Assembly (NCBI RefSeq): GCF_009914755.1
Contig: NC_060935.1
Length of the DNA stretch: 64,000 bases
Reading direction: 5' to 3' (one strand)
From: the human T2T-CHM13v2.0 reference genome, Homo sapiens
Positions 24,701 to 37,000 of this stretch are shown piece after piece. Made by a program: the position numbers and the translations under genes. How positions within the stretch are numbered: the first letter of the stretch is position 1; each line of letters opens with the position of its first letter. The notes beneath the pieces are model-generated. The model saw nothing but the letters and a program-made list of their open reading frames with translations, made no database searches and was not told where the DNA came from.

Positions 24701-25437
24701 GGTGTGAGTTGAAGAGGTTTTAAGTTCTTGAGAACACAGGCTAAGGGAGAAGGAGGAATGGAGGGTGGAAGGTTGCCTATAGTGAAGGAGGCAAGCCCAG
24801 AGAAAAGAGAGAATAGAGACACGGAGGGAAAGGGTTCAGGGGTTCTTACCTTCCAGGAAAGCGGGAAAGGGGTTGGGGCGTGGAAATGAGGGGTTGGGGC
24901 ACAGAGATAAGAGGTTGGGCCACAGAGAGAGGTCGGGGCATGGAAATAAGGGATTGGGGCACAGAGATACGAGGTTGGGGTACTTGCCCCTCCCCCAGAA
25001 AAGCGGGACTTGCCGCTAAGGGTGAAGGACCAAGGCAGGCGTCCCTGCCTGGTCTGACACCTCTGAAACGTGGGTGAATAAAAATCAGAGAGGTGTCCCT
25101 GCAATGATTAAACACCAAGGGAAGGCTGCCTTCCCAGTCCGTGACCGGCGCCGGAGTTTTGGGTCCACGGATAAAAGATGTCCCCTTTGTCTCTACCAGA
25201 AAATGAAAGGAATTGAAATTAAGAGAAGGGAGAGATTGAAGAGTGGAAAGGAGAAAGTGGTTGAGGGATAGTGAGAGAGGTTGGAGAAGAGAGTAAGAAG
25301 AGGCCGCTTACCTGATTTAAAATTGGTGAGGTGTTCGTTGGACTGGTGGGTCTGAGGACCCGAGTTTGTAGGTGGATCTTTTTCATGGAGCAAAGAGCAG
25401 GAGGACAGGGGATTGATCTCCCAAGGGAGGTCCCCCG

Positions 25438-25455
25438 ATCCGAGTCACAGCACCA
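25438..25455 (-). promoter_or_regulatory. Primer binding site complementary to tRNA-His 3' end
   Basis: Minus strand TGGTGCTGTGACTCGGAT; 17/18 match to the complement of the tRNA-His 3' end (ATCCGAGTCACGGCACCA). Confidence 0.93.
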
Positions 25456-25457
25456 AA

Positions 25458-25910
25458 TTTCACTCACGTCTGTGTGAAGAGACCACCAAACAGGCTTTGT
25501 GTGAGCAACAAGGCTGTTTATTTCACCTGGGTGCAGTTGGGCTGAGTGCAAAAAGAGAGTCAGTGAAGGGAGATAAGGGTGGGGCCGTTTTATAGGATTT
25601 GGGTAGATAAAGGAAAATTACAGTCAAAGGGGGGTTGTTCTCTGGTGGGCAGGAGTGGGGGTGGCAAGGTGCTCAGTGGGGGAGCTTTTTGAGCCAGGAT
25701 GAGCCAGGAAAAGGACTTTTACAAGGTAATGTCATCAGTTAAGGCAAGGACTGGCCATTTTCACTTCTTTTGTGGTGGAATGTCATCAGTTAAGGCGGGG
25801 CAGGGCATTTTCACTTCTTTTGTGATTCTTCAGTTACTTCAGGCCATCTGGGTGTATATGTGCAAGTCATTGGGGATGCGATGGCTTAGCTTGAGCTCGG
25901 AGGCCTGACA
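25458..25910 (-). mobile_element. HERV-H 5' LTR (LTR7 type), promoter facing SORL1 3' end
   Basis: Minus strand starts TGTCAGGCCTC, ends GAGTGAAA; TATA (CCTATAAAA) and AATAAA present; two ~51-bp U3 repeats; PBS follows directly. Confidence 0.95.
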
Positions 25911-26090
25911 ATTTGTATCCATTGTAGACATTTTTGGAAACTAAAAGCAGCCAGAAGGAAATAAGATTTCCAGGTAATCCCAGAGATAATGGCTGTTAAC
26001 ATTTGGTATGTGTCCTTTTATTGCTTTGTTCTGTATGAGTGATGGCATCTGTTACAGTTCTGCTGTGACAATGACTAAGTCCGTGTGTGG

Positions 26091-26244
26091 GAGTGTTCCA
26101 GACCTCTGTCACTTCTCTTAGGTCTTAGTTCCAACTGTAAAGACAAATCTGAATTCAGATAGAAGCTGAGTGTTCCAGACCTCTGTCACTTCTCTTAGGT
26201 CTTAGTTCCAACTATAAAGACAAATCTGAATTCAGATAGAAGCC
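26091..26244. repeat. Tandem duplication, 2 x 77 bp
   Basis: Unit GAGTGTTCCAGACC...CAGATAGAAGC starts at 26091 and 26168; 2 differences. Confidence 0.95.
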
Positions 26245-26894
26245 GAGCAGGATCTTCTTCCCCCTTTGTCCCTGTGAGCAGTTTTAATACAGACTTACTC
26301 GGAAGACCAGTGGCACCAGGGGGTTGTTGCTGCACCGCCAGCTGTGTGTCTCCCTCTCTTATCATTACAATCAAGTGCTTTGAGTCATCTTTCACATTAA
26401 TGGAGCTCCCAGGAGGATTCATTCCCGTCACCTCGTTATCTCTGGCTCACCAGGTTTTTACTATTCAGTGTTTTGCTGCTCACAAGATTGGGGGAATAGC
26501 TATCAACACATCCCATCAACGAAAGTAGAGAACAGAAGTAGACATGAGACAGCATAACATAGGCACATAAACAGAAGATGGGTCGCAAACATGTTTGTCA
26601 CATTAAGCACGTTTAGGGCAAAAGGAACCTGACTTGCAAACAAGGAGGTGTTGACTCTGCGGAGAAGTGGATGGTCTACAGTCTGCTAAAAGCTCAGTGG
26701 TGGGACTGGTTTGCCGGTTTCTGTGATGGGGAGGGAGGAAGAGAAAGAGATGAAAGGAGCTTTGGAGGTATTTAGTGTTGGGTGGTGAATACTTTCTTCA
26801 TTTCAACTCAGAATGGGAATGTGTTAGATGGGCAAGATGGTTTTCCTTAGTATTAAATTGCAGCACAAGAATATTATAGAGATTATGATGCCAG

Positions 26895-27025
26895 TCAGGA
26901 GAACAGCATGAACCCAGGAGGCGGAGCTTGCAGTGAGCTGAGATCACACCACTGCACTCCAGAGCCTGGGCAACAGAGCAAGACTCAGTCTCAAAAAATA
27001 AAAAAAATAAAAAAAATAAAGACAA
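26895..27025 (+). mobile_element. 5'-truncated Alu (AluY-like right-arm end)
   Basis: GGCGGAGCTTGCAGTGAGC, A-rich tail, perfect 17-bp TSD AGAGATTATGATGCCAG (26878-26894, 27026-27042). Confidence 0.9.
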
Positions 27026-28436
27026 AGAGATTATGATGCCAGAGCTAGAGGATGTAAAATTCCGATTCTATGTGAATAGATGCTGAGCCTTCTATTGGAA
27101 TCTTTTATGTCTGTAGTCTTCAGGATATAGCATCAAGTTCAAGTAGGAGAAAAAGAGAATCCTGAGGATTTAGTAGTTTCTGGAGAAATTAAAGAGGAAA
27201 GTGAGGTCTCAAGCTCTACTTGGCAAGATTCAAAACTCCCTGGTCAATTAGGGCACTGGATGCATAGATCCAATAGCAACATTTATTCAAGAAATACTTA
27301 TTGAGTACTTCCTCTGTATCCAGTCCTATATTTGTCCTGGGAATATAATGTGGAATAAGACAGGCATGATTCCTGCTCTCCAGAGCAACAAATAATAAAA
27401 CCTCAGGGTTGAGAGGCCATTTCGGGTCTTATGTAGGTAGTATAAATGATTTGATAAAAGAGGAAATGGAGAATAAAGATGTCAAATGACTTGCCTAAGA
27501 GTTTGGCTCATCAGTGAGCTAATCAGTTTTAATCCAAAAGCTCTGAAGTGAAGCCTGTGCTGTACATCCTGTGATTCTACTGGGATGGGGGAGTAGGCTC
27601 CAATTTGATTTCCAGCCTGAGTCAGGCTGCAACTCAGCTTCTCAGAGAAACCTTCTTCACTGGGGCGGAAGGGTTGTGTTGTTGTCTGTTGATCTAGATT
27701 TTATTAATAATGTGGTACCTTATTCCCCTTGGCCATTGTTTTTTATATGTAGACTCTTCCTCAAATGGAAAAAGGGATGAATGGAAGAATCCCAGTACCC
27801 AAATACTCTCCTATAACCTAACACTATTCTGTTATTTTATATTGGGGAAATAAAAGCTGACTGTAATAACAGCAAAATGTACACAAGTAGGCAAGCTTTT
27901 TGTTTATAAAACACACATAGAAAATACATTTTTGAATAACCCACCTTTTAAAGTTTTTCCAGAATTTCTCAGCTCCCTTTCTTAATGGAGCACAGGTAAT
28001 ATGTCTGTCTTAACCATTTCACCCTAAACTCTGTAATTCATGCTAAAAATGAGTCTCTAAACCACAGATTAACAAGTTGATCTTCCTCCCTTTTCTGAAC
28101 TCCATAGTTGGGATTCCTTCTCCTTGACTCTTTTAGACAGCCTTGAAACAATGGTGCAAGCAGCTGCATCCTACACCCATATGGCCTGTTGATGTGAAAA
28201 TAGCATCATCCCCTGCACAGTAGAGCAGGGGACGGAGTCCTTCCCTGAATGCTTCTGCTTGTCAGCTTCTGTAGCAGGGGTACCAGCAGGATGGAAAGTG
28301 AAGAATGCATCCTTCAGTCCTTCACTGAAAGGGCAGCTCTCTTCTGCTCATCTCTCAAGTTGGGCTGTGTGAAGGAATGGCATATATGCACAGGGCCTGA
28401 GGTGTGATGTGGTTTCTTACTAAAATAAATCACACT

Positions 28437-28680
28437 GACTGGGTGTGGTGGCTCACGCCTGTAATCCTAGCACTTTGGGAGGCCAAGGCAAGTCAATTGC
28501 TTGAGGTCAGGAGTTCGAGACCAGCCTGGCCAATATGGTGAAACCCCGTCTCTACTGAAAATACAAAAATTAGCTGGGTGTGTTGGCTTGCGCCTGTAGT
28601 CCCAGCTACTTGGGGGCCGAGGTGGGAAGATCGCTTGAGACCAGGAGATGGACTGATACCCTGCCTCAAAAATAATAAAA
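28437..28680 (+). mobile_element. Alu with internal deletion in the right arm
   Basis: Alu left arm and linker intact; GTTGCAGTGAGC...CCAGCCTGG block missing; 16-bp TSD TAAAATAAATCACACT. Confidence 0.92.
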
Positions 28681-29292
28681 TAAAATAAATCACACTGGAG
28701 GATTCATCAGGGAATCAACTTTCCGATTACAGAGAGCCGTGGCCATTGGAACCCTTTGATGGAAAATCTATTTTACCTTCTCACCTGGTAAAATTTCCCC
28801 TAACTTCTATTTTGGTTGGCAAAACTAAGTTCTCTAAAATGAAAGACCATGTTGTCTACTTCTTTTCTATCACTGACACTAGACTGCTCTGAATTTATGG
28901 TTATTTTGGAAATGTTTGTTGGGTGGATGGACGGGTGAGTGCACAATAATTGCTCCCATTTATTTAGGACCAATGATGTGCCAGGCATTGCCATATCATT
29001 AAACATGAAAACTCCTTTGGAATAAATATAATCATCAAGTTTTACGTAGAACATAAAGCCAGTTTTGAGCCCAGATCTATCTGGTCCTTCCTGGAGTTAA
29101 CCCCACTGTGCTAGTTTAGTAGATGGTCTCTTTTATGGAATCGACATTTACTTGAGTGTTTCCTGTATTCAGAGGTTCTGGGTGGAGGGGGATAGATTGA
29201 AAGGAGAAGACAGAGTAATTATGTCTTACAAGAGGCAGCAAGACATGGCAGGAAGAGTGAGCCCAGAGATTTATGTGATTTCCCTATCTCCT

Positions 29293-29744
29293 TGCATTAG
29301 GGTGGAACCAGTAGGAAATATATACATGGAATTGGCTCACATAATTACAAAGACTGGGAAGTCCTACAATCTACTGTTTGCAAGCTGGAGACCCAGGAAA
29401 GGTAGTTGTGTAACTTAGTCCAAAAGGTGAGAACCATAGGAGCTAATGGTATAAATCCTAATCTAAGGGCTGGAGACAATGAGATGAGATGTTCCAGCTC
29501 AAGCAGGCAGGTAGGAATCAAAAAAAAAAAGGAGCAAGCCCCTCCTTCTCTCACGTTTGTTCTATTCAGGCCCCTGATGGACTGGATGATTCACAGTTTC
29601 ACTGGGGAAGGGGATCTATTTTAGCGAGTCCAGCAATCAAGTGATAACCTCATCTGGAAACACCCTCACAGACATACCCTGAAATAATGTTTAATCTGGG
29701 CACTTTATGGGCAGTTAAATTGATATATAAAATTAACCATCACA
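29293..29744. mobile_element. MLT2-family (ERVL) solo LTR
   Basis: GGAATTGGCTCAC, GCAAGCTGGAGACCCAGGAA, AAACACCCTCACAGACA, AAATTAACCATCACA end; TG...CA termini; TSD CTCCT on both sides. Confidence 0.85.
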
Positions 29745-30331
29745 CTCCTCATTGAAAATGAGACAGACAAACACACACAGAGTAATCTATTCTATATAGC
29801 TACATGATCTTTAAATTTCTACTGCTGCAAAATTTGGTAATACATTGAATAGGTTGGAATGAATGGACACATTTTCAAGATGTAGCAAACTTTCTGAATA
29901 AGTGCCAGACTGAAGTAGTCCTTTGGGGGCTCACTCTTAAAAGACATTCCAAGGTCATGTGAGGTTGCTCTTCACACAAAGACACATGGGCCAGAAGTGG
30001 CTCTGATAGGGGGAGACAGCACAAAAGGTGACCTCTCTGCTTCAGGAGCACAAGTCACCCCATCTGTGGAGATGGTGAGCTTGCTGGGGAGAGTACAAAA
30101 GTGAAGGCCATTGATCTTACCCAAGAGTGGGCAAACTGTTGTGGAATAAAGCCTGCCACTCATCAGCCCTGGATCCCGAGTGGTTAGGTGTAGAGTGAGG
30201 GTGAAGAAGTAGAAAACACAGAACCTTTTAAGTTGGAGCTCCTCATTTGTTTATTTCCATAGAGCCTAGAACAATCCTTGACACTCAGTGAATCTGTTGA
30301 ATGGATGAGGGGATGAATTAACCTGTTCTTG

Positions 30332-30610
30332 TTTCTTTTCTTTTCTTTTTCTTTTCTAGACAGGGATCTTACTTTGCCACCCAGGCTGGAGTACAGTGAT
30401 GCAATCATGGCTCACTTGCAGCCTGGACCTTCCAGCCTCAAATGATCCTCCCACCTAAGCCTCCCAGGCAGCTGGGACTACAGGCTGTGCCACCACGCCT
30501 GGCTAATTTGATTTTAAATTTTTGTTGGAGACAGAGTCTGGGTGCAAGTGATTCTCTGCCTTGGCCTCACAAAATGCTGGGATTACAGATGTGAGCTACT
30601 GCACCAGGCC
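30332..30610 (-). mobile_element. Alu (AluJ-like)
   Basis: T-rich tail then CCCAGGCTGGAGTACAGTG...GCTGGGATTACAG; TSD AATTAACCTGTTCTTG. Confidence 0.92.
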
Positions 30611-30635
30611 TTAATTAACCTGTTCTTGAAGAGTC

Positions 30636-31126
30636 AATCAGTTAGTATGTGGCTCAGTTGCATATAACCTAAACCCCATATAACAGTGGCTTCAAAAGAC
30701 TGGGGTTGTGTGTTTGTTTTTGTGTAAAAGAAATCTTGGGCTGGTATAGAAGCTTTGGCCATCAAAGATCCAGGATTTTCCCATCTTTCTGCTCCGCCAT
30801 CCTTAGTGTGAATTTCTCCCTTTAGATCCCCGCCTTGTCTGCAGCCTGCATGGAGTTCCCATCCCAGCCACCAGGTCTAAGTTTCAGGCATCGAGAGGGA
30901 GGAAGAGGTGAGGTGGGTAAGAGTACCTCACTGTTGTGTCGGCTCCTTTTAAAGAGTTTTCCCAGAATCTCCACCCAACAACTTCTGATTGTGTGGCTTT
31001 GGCCATCCCTTCCTGCAAGGAGTCTGGGAAGCATGTACATTTATCCTGGCTCATTGCCACTTCCAGCGCTGGAAGGAGGAAGGGGAGAATCCATATTGAG
31101 CAGGCAACTAGTGATCTTTGCCATAC
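30636..31126. mobile_element. Old MLT1-family MaLR LTR
   Basis: AACAGTGGCTT, CTTTCTGCTCCGCCATCCTTAG, TGCAAGGAGTCTGGGAA motifs; degenerate. Confidence 0.6.
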
Positions 31127-31302
31127 AGTCTGTGGCAGATAATAGTAAAACAAATGAAAAGTTAGAAAACAAAAAACAAAAACAAAACAGGCCGGATTAT
31201 ACGGAAGGCCAGGTTAGCTAAGTCTAGCCCAAAGGGCGGTGCAGGGGAGCGAGTACAAGCTGAGGCATCAGCCTGCCTCAGCGCTTCTTCGTGGCTCTGT
31301 GA

Positions 31303-31816
<514 letters not shown>

Positions 31817-33654
31817 TAGCCCAGGCCAATGTCTTGTGACCGACTTTGCCACACTGCATTCACCACACTACTCGTGCCGCCCATTTCATTATCTAGTCTT
31901 ACGTGGGTCCTCAGTTGTTTCATCTAGGAAAATGCCTTGCTAATAAGGTTGTTAGGGGTCTCCTTGAGTACAGAGATCACTGTTTTGCAAAACCTCAGAG
32001 GTCACACCATCTGCAGAGAACTCACTACAGCTAGCAGTGTGCCCCTAGAAGAAGGGGCATGAAGGCAGAGCGAGGTTCAGGACACTTCCAACATTCTCAG
32101 CCTGTAAAACTGAGGGTCTGGCTGAATGAACCCAGATAGGAGAGGCAGAAGGAGGACAAGGGCTAGGAAAGGTGGTGAATTCTGTTTTGGAAATGTTGAG
32201 TTTGAAGGGCTAGTGGCACTTCCAGGCAGCATGACTGGTTGACAGCTGGCTTCTTTCATTGAGCAAACATCTACTGAGTGACTATGTACCAGGCACACTC
32301 CAGGTGCTGGGGATAATACAGTGAACAAACACACAAACCGCTGTCTTCAAGGAACTTGGCCTCAAGCAGAGGGAGACAAACAATAAACACAAGAGATTAC
32401 GAAGTGACATCATATGTTTGAAGGTGGTCAGTGCTACCAGTGCTGGGGGGCCGGGGCTGCGGGAGGTATAGAGTTCGAAGGAGAATTGTGCATGGGAGGG
32501 GCGGTTGGGGAGGACAGTTTAGACAGTTTTTTTTGGAGTGCAGAGCTAGGCTGGAGATGTTTGCCGGAGATTTATATCTTGAATCGTGGCAGTAAGAGGG
32601 AGGGTAGAGAGAAAAGTTGGGAGAAGGATGTCAGGAATGAGAAGAGATCTCAAAGCAACACTTCCAGGACTCTTCCAACATCCAACATTAGGAGCCTGGG
32701 ACAGGCTGTGCTAGGGAGGCCAGAGAGGTAGGTGGAGATCAGGAGCATTCAGATGTCAAGGGGCACAGGGAGCTCATGAGGCAGGATCTGGCTCAAATAC
32801 CACAGGGAGTTCAGGGATGATGACTGTGGAGAAGCTCCTCTGTTCCAGAAACTCTTCTTTGCATTTTCCATGCAGAATCACATGTGGTTAACGGTCTGGG
32901 CTCTGGGCTCGGATGGCCTGGGCTTGATCTGGACTCGGGCTGTGTGACTCTGGGTTTCTTAACCCTTTGCATTGCAGTTTCCTTGGTTGTAAATAAGGGT
33001 GGTTTAGCACCTGACTCACAGTGTTGTAGTGAGGATGAAATTAGATAATGAGATAATAATGCATATCGAAACCAAGACTATGAGTGTTGCCTGTGAGAGT
33101 GCCCCTCCTTCATCCTTCCTGCAGCCCTTGACAGATAAAGAAACCATTGGTGTCCTCAAAAAGCGGGTTTTGGAACACTATGCAGCGACACCAGACTAGC
33201 AGAGGATGAGCAGGGATTGAGAGGTGGGGAGAAGAAATGAGTTTAGAGTTATCTCTACAAATGTTGAAAAAGAGAGAAAGGGGAGAGTAGGTTCAATGTG
33301 AAAAAAAGATCAAGGGAAAGATCTCATAGTCTGGGGAAGACCGGGGCATGTCTGGTGGGCAGAGGGGAAGCAGGAGTGTCTGGAGAGCAGGAGGCCGGCC
33401 CTGCAGCCTGTACCTGTGTGCTCAGTGGCTTCTGCCACCTCAGAATTCACTGCTCTGCCGCCTGCACCCCCACCTGCCTCAGAACGTCGTCATCTTGTTC
33501 AGATGTGTCCTTTCTCCTGAACTAGATGTGGCTGGGCCCAGCACTAGCACAGTTTCCAGACAGACACTTGCTGCTCCAGATACTTGCTGTTTTCTTCCCC
33601 GCTTTATGTCTCCACGGCACTGAGAACCTGCCTCGTTGAAAGTGCAAGAAGAAC

Positions 33655-34011
33655 CCAGGTGATCTGTTTGGGGCTGTCACAGAATAGCACAGAATGGGTG
33701 GCAGATTCACAGGGGGAGTGTATTTCTCACAGCTCTGGTGGCTGGGAAGTCTGAGATCAAGGCACCTGCAGATTTGATGACTGATAAGGGCCCACTTCCT
33801 GGTTCATAGACTTCTTGCTCTGTCCTCACATGGAGAAAGGGGTGAGGGAGCTCTCTGGGGTCCCTTTGATAAAGACATGAATCCCATTCATAAGTGCTCT
33901 GCCCTCCTGACCAAATCACCTCCCAAAGGCCTCACCTCCTTATACCATCACAATGGGGATCAGGTTGCAACCTATAAATTTTGGGGGGATACAAATATTC
34001 AGTCTCTAGCA
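33655..34011. mobile_element. MLT1A-like MaLR LTR
   Basis: TTTCTCACAGCTCTGGTGGCTGGGAAGTCTGAGATCAAGG, ATCACCTCCCAAAGGCC, TTTTGGGGGGATACAAATATTCAG motifs. Confidence 0.8.
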
Positions 34012-37000
34012 CAGATCATTATAACACAAAGGGGGATCTGACTGATGGTGGGTGCTTGATTGAAAGAGAGGAATGGGGAGGACAAGACATCCCTCCATCA
34101 CCACCACCACACTGTGCAGAAGGGAGGGACCATTGTTCTGTTTCTCCCAGCATCTGGCAGTGGAAGCCTATGGCCCTGGGTCAGAGCAGGCCTGGGGAAG
34201 GGATTGCTGACCCCAACCATTGTCTCATCTCCCAAGGGAATGGAAGGAGCTCTGCTCTCAGGAATCCCTTGCTTTCATTCCCCATTTACTCACCTCATGT
34301 CCCCAGCACTATGCTAAGCCCTGGGGATGTAGCTACAAAGGAGGCAGCGACTGCCCTGTAGTCCTCAAGCTGGAGAGGACCAGCATGGCCAAGCGCCAGG
34401 ACCGAGGCAGGTGCACAGTGCTGTTGGGACATAAAGCGGGGAAGAAAACAGCCCAGTGTTTGGGGAAGTTGGTAATGATTAAGGGTAGGACTGGCATTTG
34501 ACTTGGGCCATGAGGAATGAGGAGGAGTTTGCCTAGCAGGGAGTGAGGTGAGGGTGGCTGTGTGAAGACTGTGGTCTGTGGTGGGGTGCTGAAATTTGGT
34601 GCTGCTGCAGGTCACAGGTTGGTTGGGGGACTGGAGTCAGGGTGAGGTGCAGAAGCAGAAGTCAGAAGGACCTAAAGGACTTAATGGGAGAAAGTTTCCT
34701 TCCCCCCTTTCTCCCCACTTCATGCCCAGTGCTTCCGAGGGAAAAAAGATCATTACGACGTCTGGGAGTCCAAGGTTCTAGAATTTGTATCTGGCTTGTG
34801 TAGTCCACCCATTCATTTTACACCCGTGGAAAGTGAGGCATGCCTGCGTGTCATAAGATGACAATACACAATAGAGCTAGAACTTTCCTTCTGGAAAACC
34901 AACAGCATCCTTCAAGTCCAGAGCAAATTGTATTGGAACAAATGGCTGCTTCCCTCACAGTCCTCCAGAAGGGCAGCTCTGGGCTCCGAGCACCTTGAAC
35001 TTGCCCTGAGCCTTCAGCTCTTACCTCCACAGGTTCTGACCTGCACTTTCCCCCCGTGTCTCATGGTCAGAGTGCTTATTAGGCTTTCAGAGGTGGAGAT
35101 GTGGGTGGGGTAGGTCAGGTAGTGCAGAGTGACTACAAATGTACCTTGTTTTACGCTGCACATGCATTCTGCAAATTTGTATGTCAGTCTTTTTATTTCC
35201 TGCAAATTCAATAGAATCTTAAAGAAATTAGGGGGAGTTGTCGTTTAATGGAGTTCAAACCTGCCTCTTTTTAATCAAGTGAAGGGTCCTTTTGTAATGC
35301 AAATAATGTCTTCGTTTTGTGAGCTGAGATTCTGTCTTGGCTTTCTTTAAATGAGACACACCTCTAAGGGGCAAATGTGGGGCTCACATGCAGCATTTTA
35401 AATGCAGGCCAGCGTCCATCCTCTGCCTTTGTTGTAACACTTGCTTTGGTGGTCTTTGTTTATATCAGGTATTATTTTGGCCACTGGAGGGCCCTCCAGA
35501 TAGAGAATGACTGGAGAATCCCAAATGCGTTCCCTTAGCCCAGACTTCAGTTCACACCCAGATTTTTGAGCCTGCAGCATTTCTTGCAAATCGGATTTAA
35601 CTGGGGAGACTAGCAGTAGCATTGATGTTTCTTTTATGTAGGAATTTAAGCATAAAAGGAACCTCTATTTAAAAGAGCAGCTTTTGGATTATAGTCTATT
35701 TGGAGCTGGAAAGGAGGTGCTAATCTTGTATATGGAGAGTGATCTTGCAGAATTTAGCGCAGCTTAGGAGAGCAGAGCTTTGAACAAAGGTTATTTCTCT
35801 GTGTGAAGAGAATCACACCAAGATGTATGGCGTGAAGTGGGGCAACAGAAATTATTTTTTATAATGAGGAAAAAGAGAGTCTTATATAGGCCTGGAAAAA
35901 TAGTTGGGAGGTTGGCATCCTAAGCCTAGTAAAGCACAAAATCACCAAAGTTTATTTTCATGCCACATATTTTTTCATCTGCAGTTTTTCTACCCTCTTG
36001 CTGGAGCCTAGTTCAGAGATTTTATTTTGCCGAATGTTGACAAAACACCCTAAATTCTGGGCTCACAGTTGTCAATGCAGCATGAAAAATTTCAGCCCTC
36101 AATAGATTCAAACACAGACCTGTTGCAAAACCAGATAGAAATGAGGAAAACTGTCAAGAAGAGTCCAGAAAAGAAATACGGGTCAGTGACAAGGTTTCCT
36201 CAGTTTATAAAACAAAGAAAATTCATCAGAACTCTCCACATCAGCCCAATACCAAACCAGATTAAAGTGCTGTCTCATGTTCTAATCTTCTGAGGCCTGA
36301 AACAAAAAGTGAAGTTGATTGTGTTGATTCGCATGGCTCCCCTGAACTAGTAATCTTTCAACATCAGAGCGGAGCAGGTGACTGACCAACGGACTTGTAG
36401 ATGGCTTTGGGGATTTGTTTGCGCCCTCATAATTTGAGAACGTGAGTCCTGTGGGAACGGATGTGGCCACTGGGGATATAGCTGGTGGCAAGCTCTGTGA
36501 GGATCGGGATGGTTCTTACATTTTTTGTCCAGCTGTAAAATGGGAAGGAGGCTTTTTTCCGACTCATCCCTTAGCGTAAAGTTCCCATTCCCACGCAAAT
36601 GGCAGCTCTTTCTATACTTATTTGGGAGTGAAATGGAAGAAGGGATGGAATGGAGAGGATCCGTTTCCTTTTTGAACTTGGGAGTTTATAGGTAAGTGGG
36701 CAAAAATGAGCCTACGGAAGAGACTAACTTCGGTCCGGATCAGCAGCATTTGCTCTTCTGGGAACCTCAGCTGTGGGCAGCAGAGAGCTGAGGGTGTGTT
36801 TGGTAGCTGCGTGTAAAGGGGAGGCACTGTGCTTAATGAGGTCTGCAAGCCTCGATCTTTTCATTTGACCCAGGTTTTTCTCCCTTGGATTAACCTCTCT
36901 GTGTGTTGTTGGGAAGTACTGTTCATCTGGTTGTAGCTCAGAATTTTGTACCTGGCCCAGAGGAGATTCCTGGGAGTGGAATCTAGGTCCCCACCCAATT

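Larger units (their letters stand above)
19699..25910 (-). mobile_element. HERV-H provirus, two LTRs, internally deleted (6.2 kb, RTVL-H2-like)
   Basis: Two 453-bp LTRs, 5-bp TSD ATTTG (19694-19698, 25911-25915), tRNA-His PBS, polypurine tract next to the 3' LTR, gag/pro/pol remnants. Confidence 0.97.

Noticed and set aside
24586-25118. Pro-rich repetitive ORFs (172 aa and 90 aa)
   Set aside because: Translate the C-rich HERV-H leader repeats; no recognisable protein domain.
25438-25455. tRNA-His-like sequence
   Set aside because: Only the 18-nt retroviral primer binding site, not a tRNA gene.
19940-25908. Twin 69-aa ORFs (MSQEKDFYKVMSSVKA...) at 19940 and 25699
   Set aside because: They are the antisense reading of the two HERV-H LTRs; internal repetition reflects the U3 repeats, not a duplicated gene.
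26091-26244. Repeat-spacer-like appearance of short duplications (also 37495, 53091)
   Set aside because: Only two units each, eukaryotic context, no cas genes; not CRISPR.
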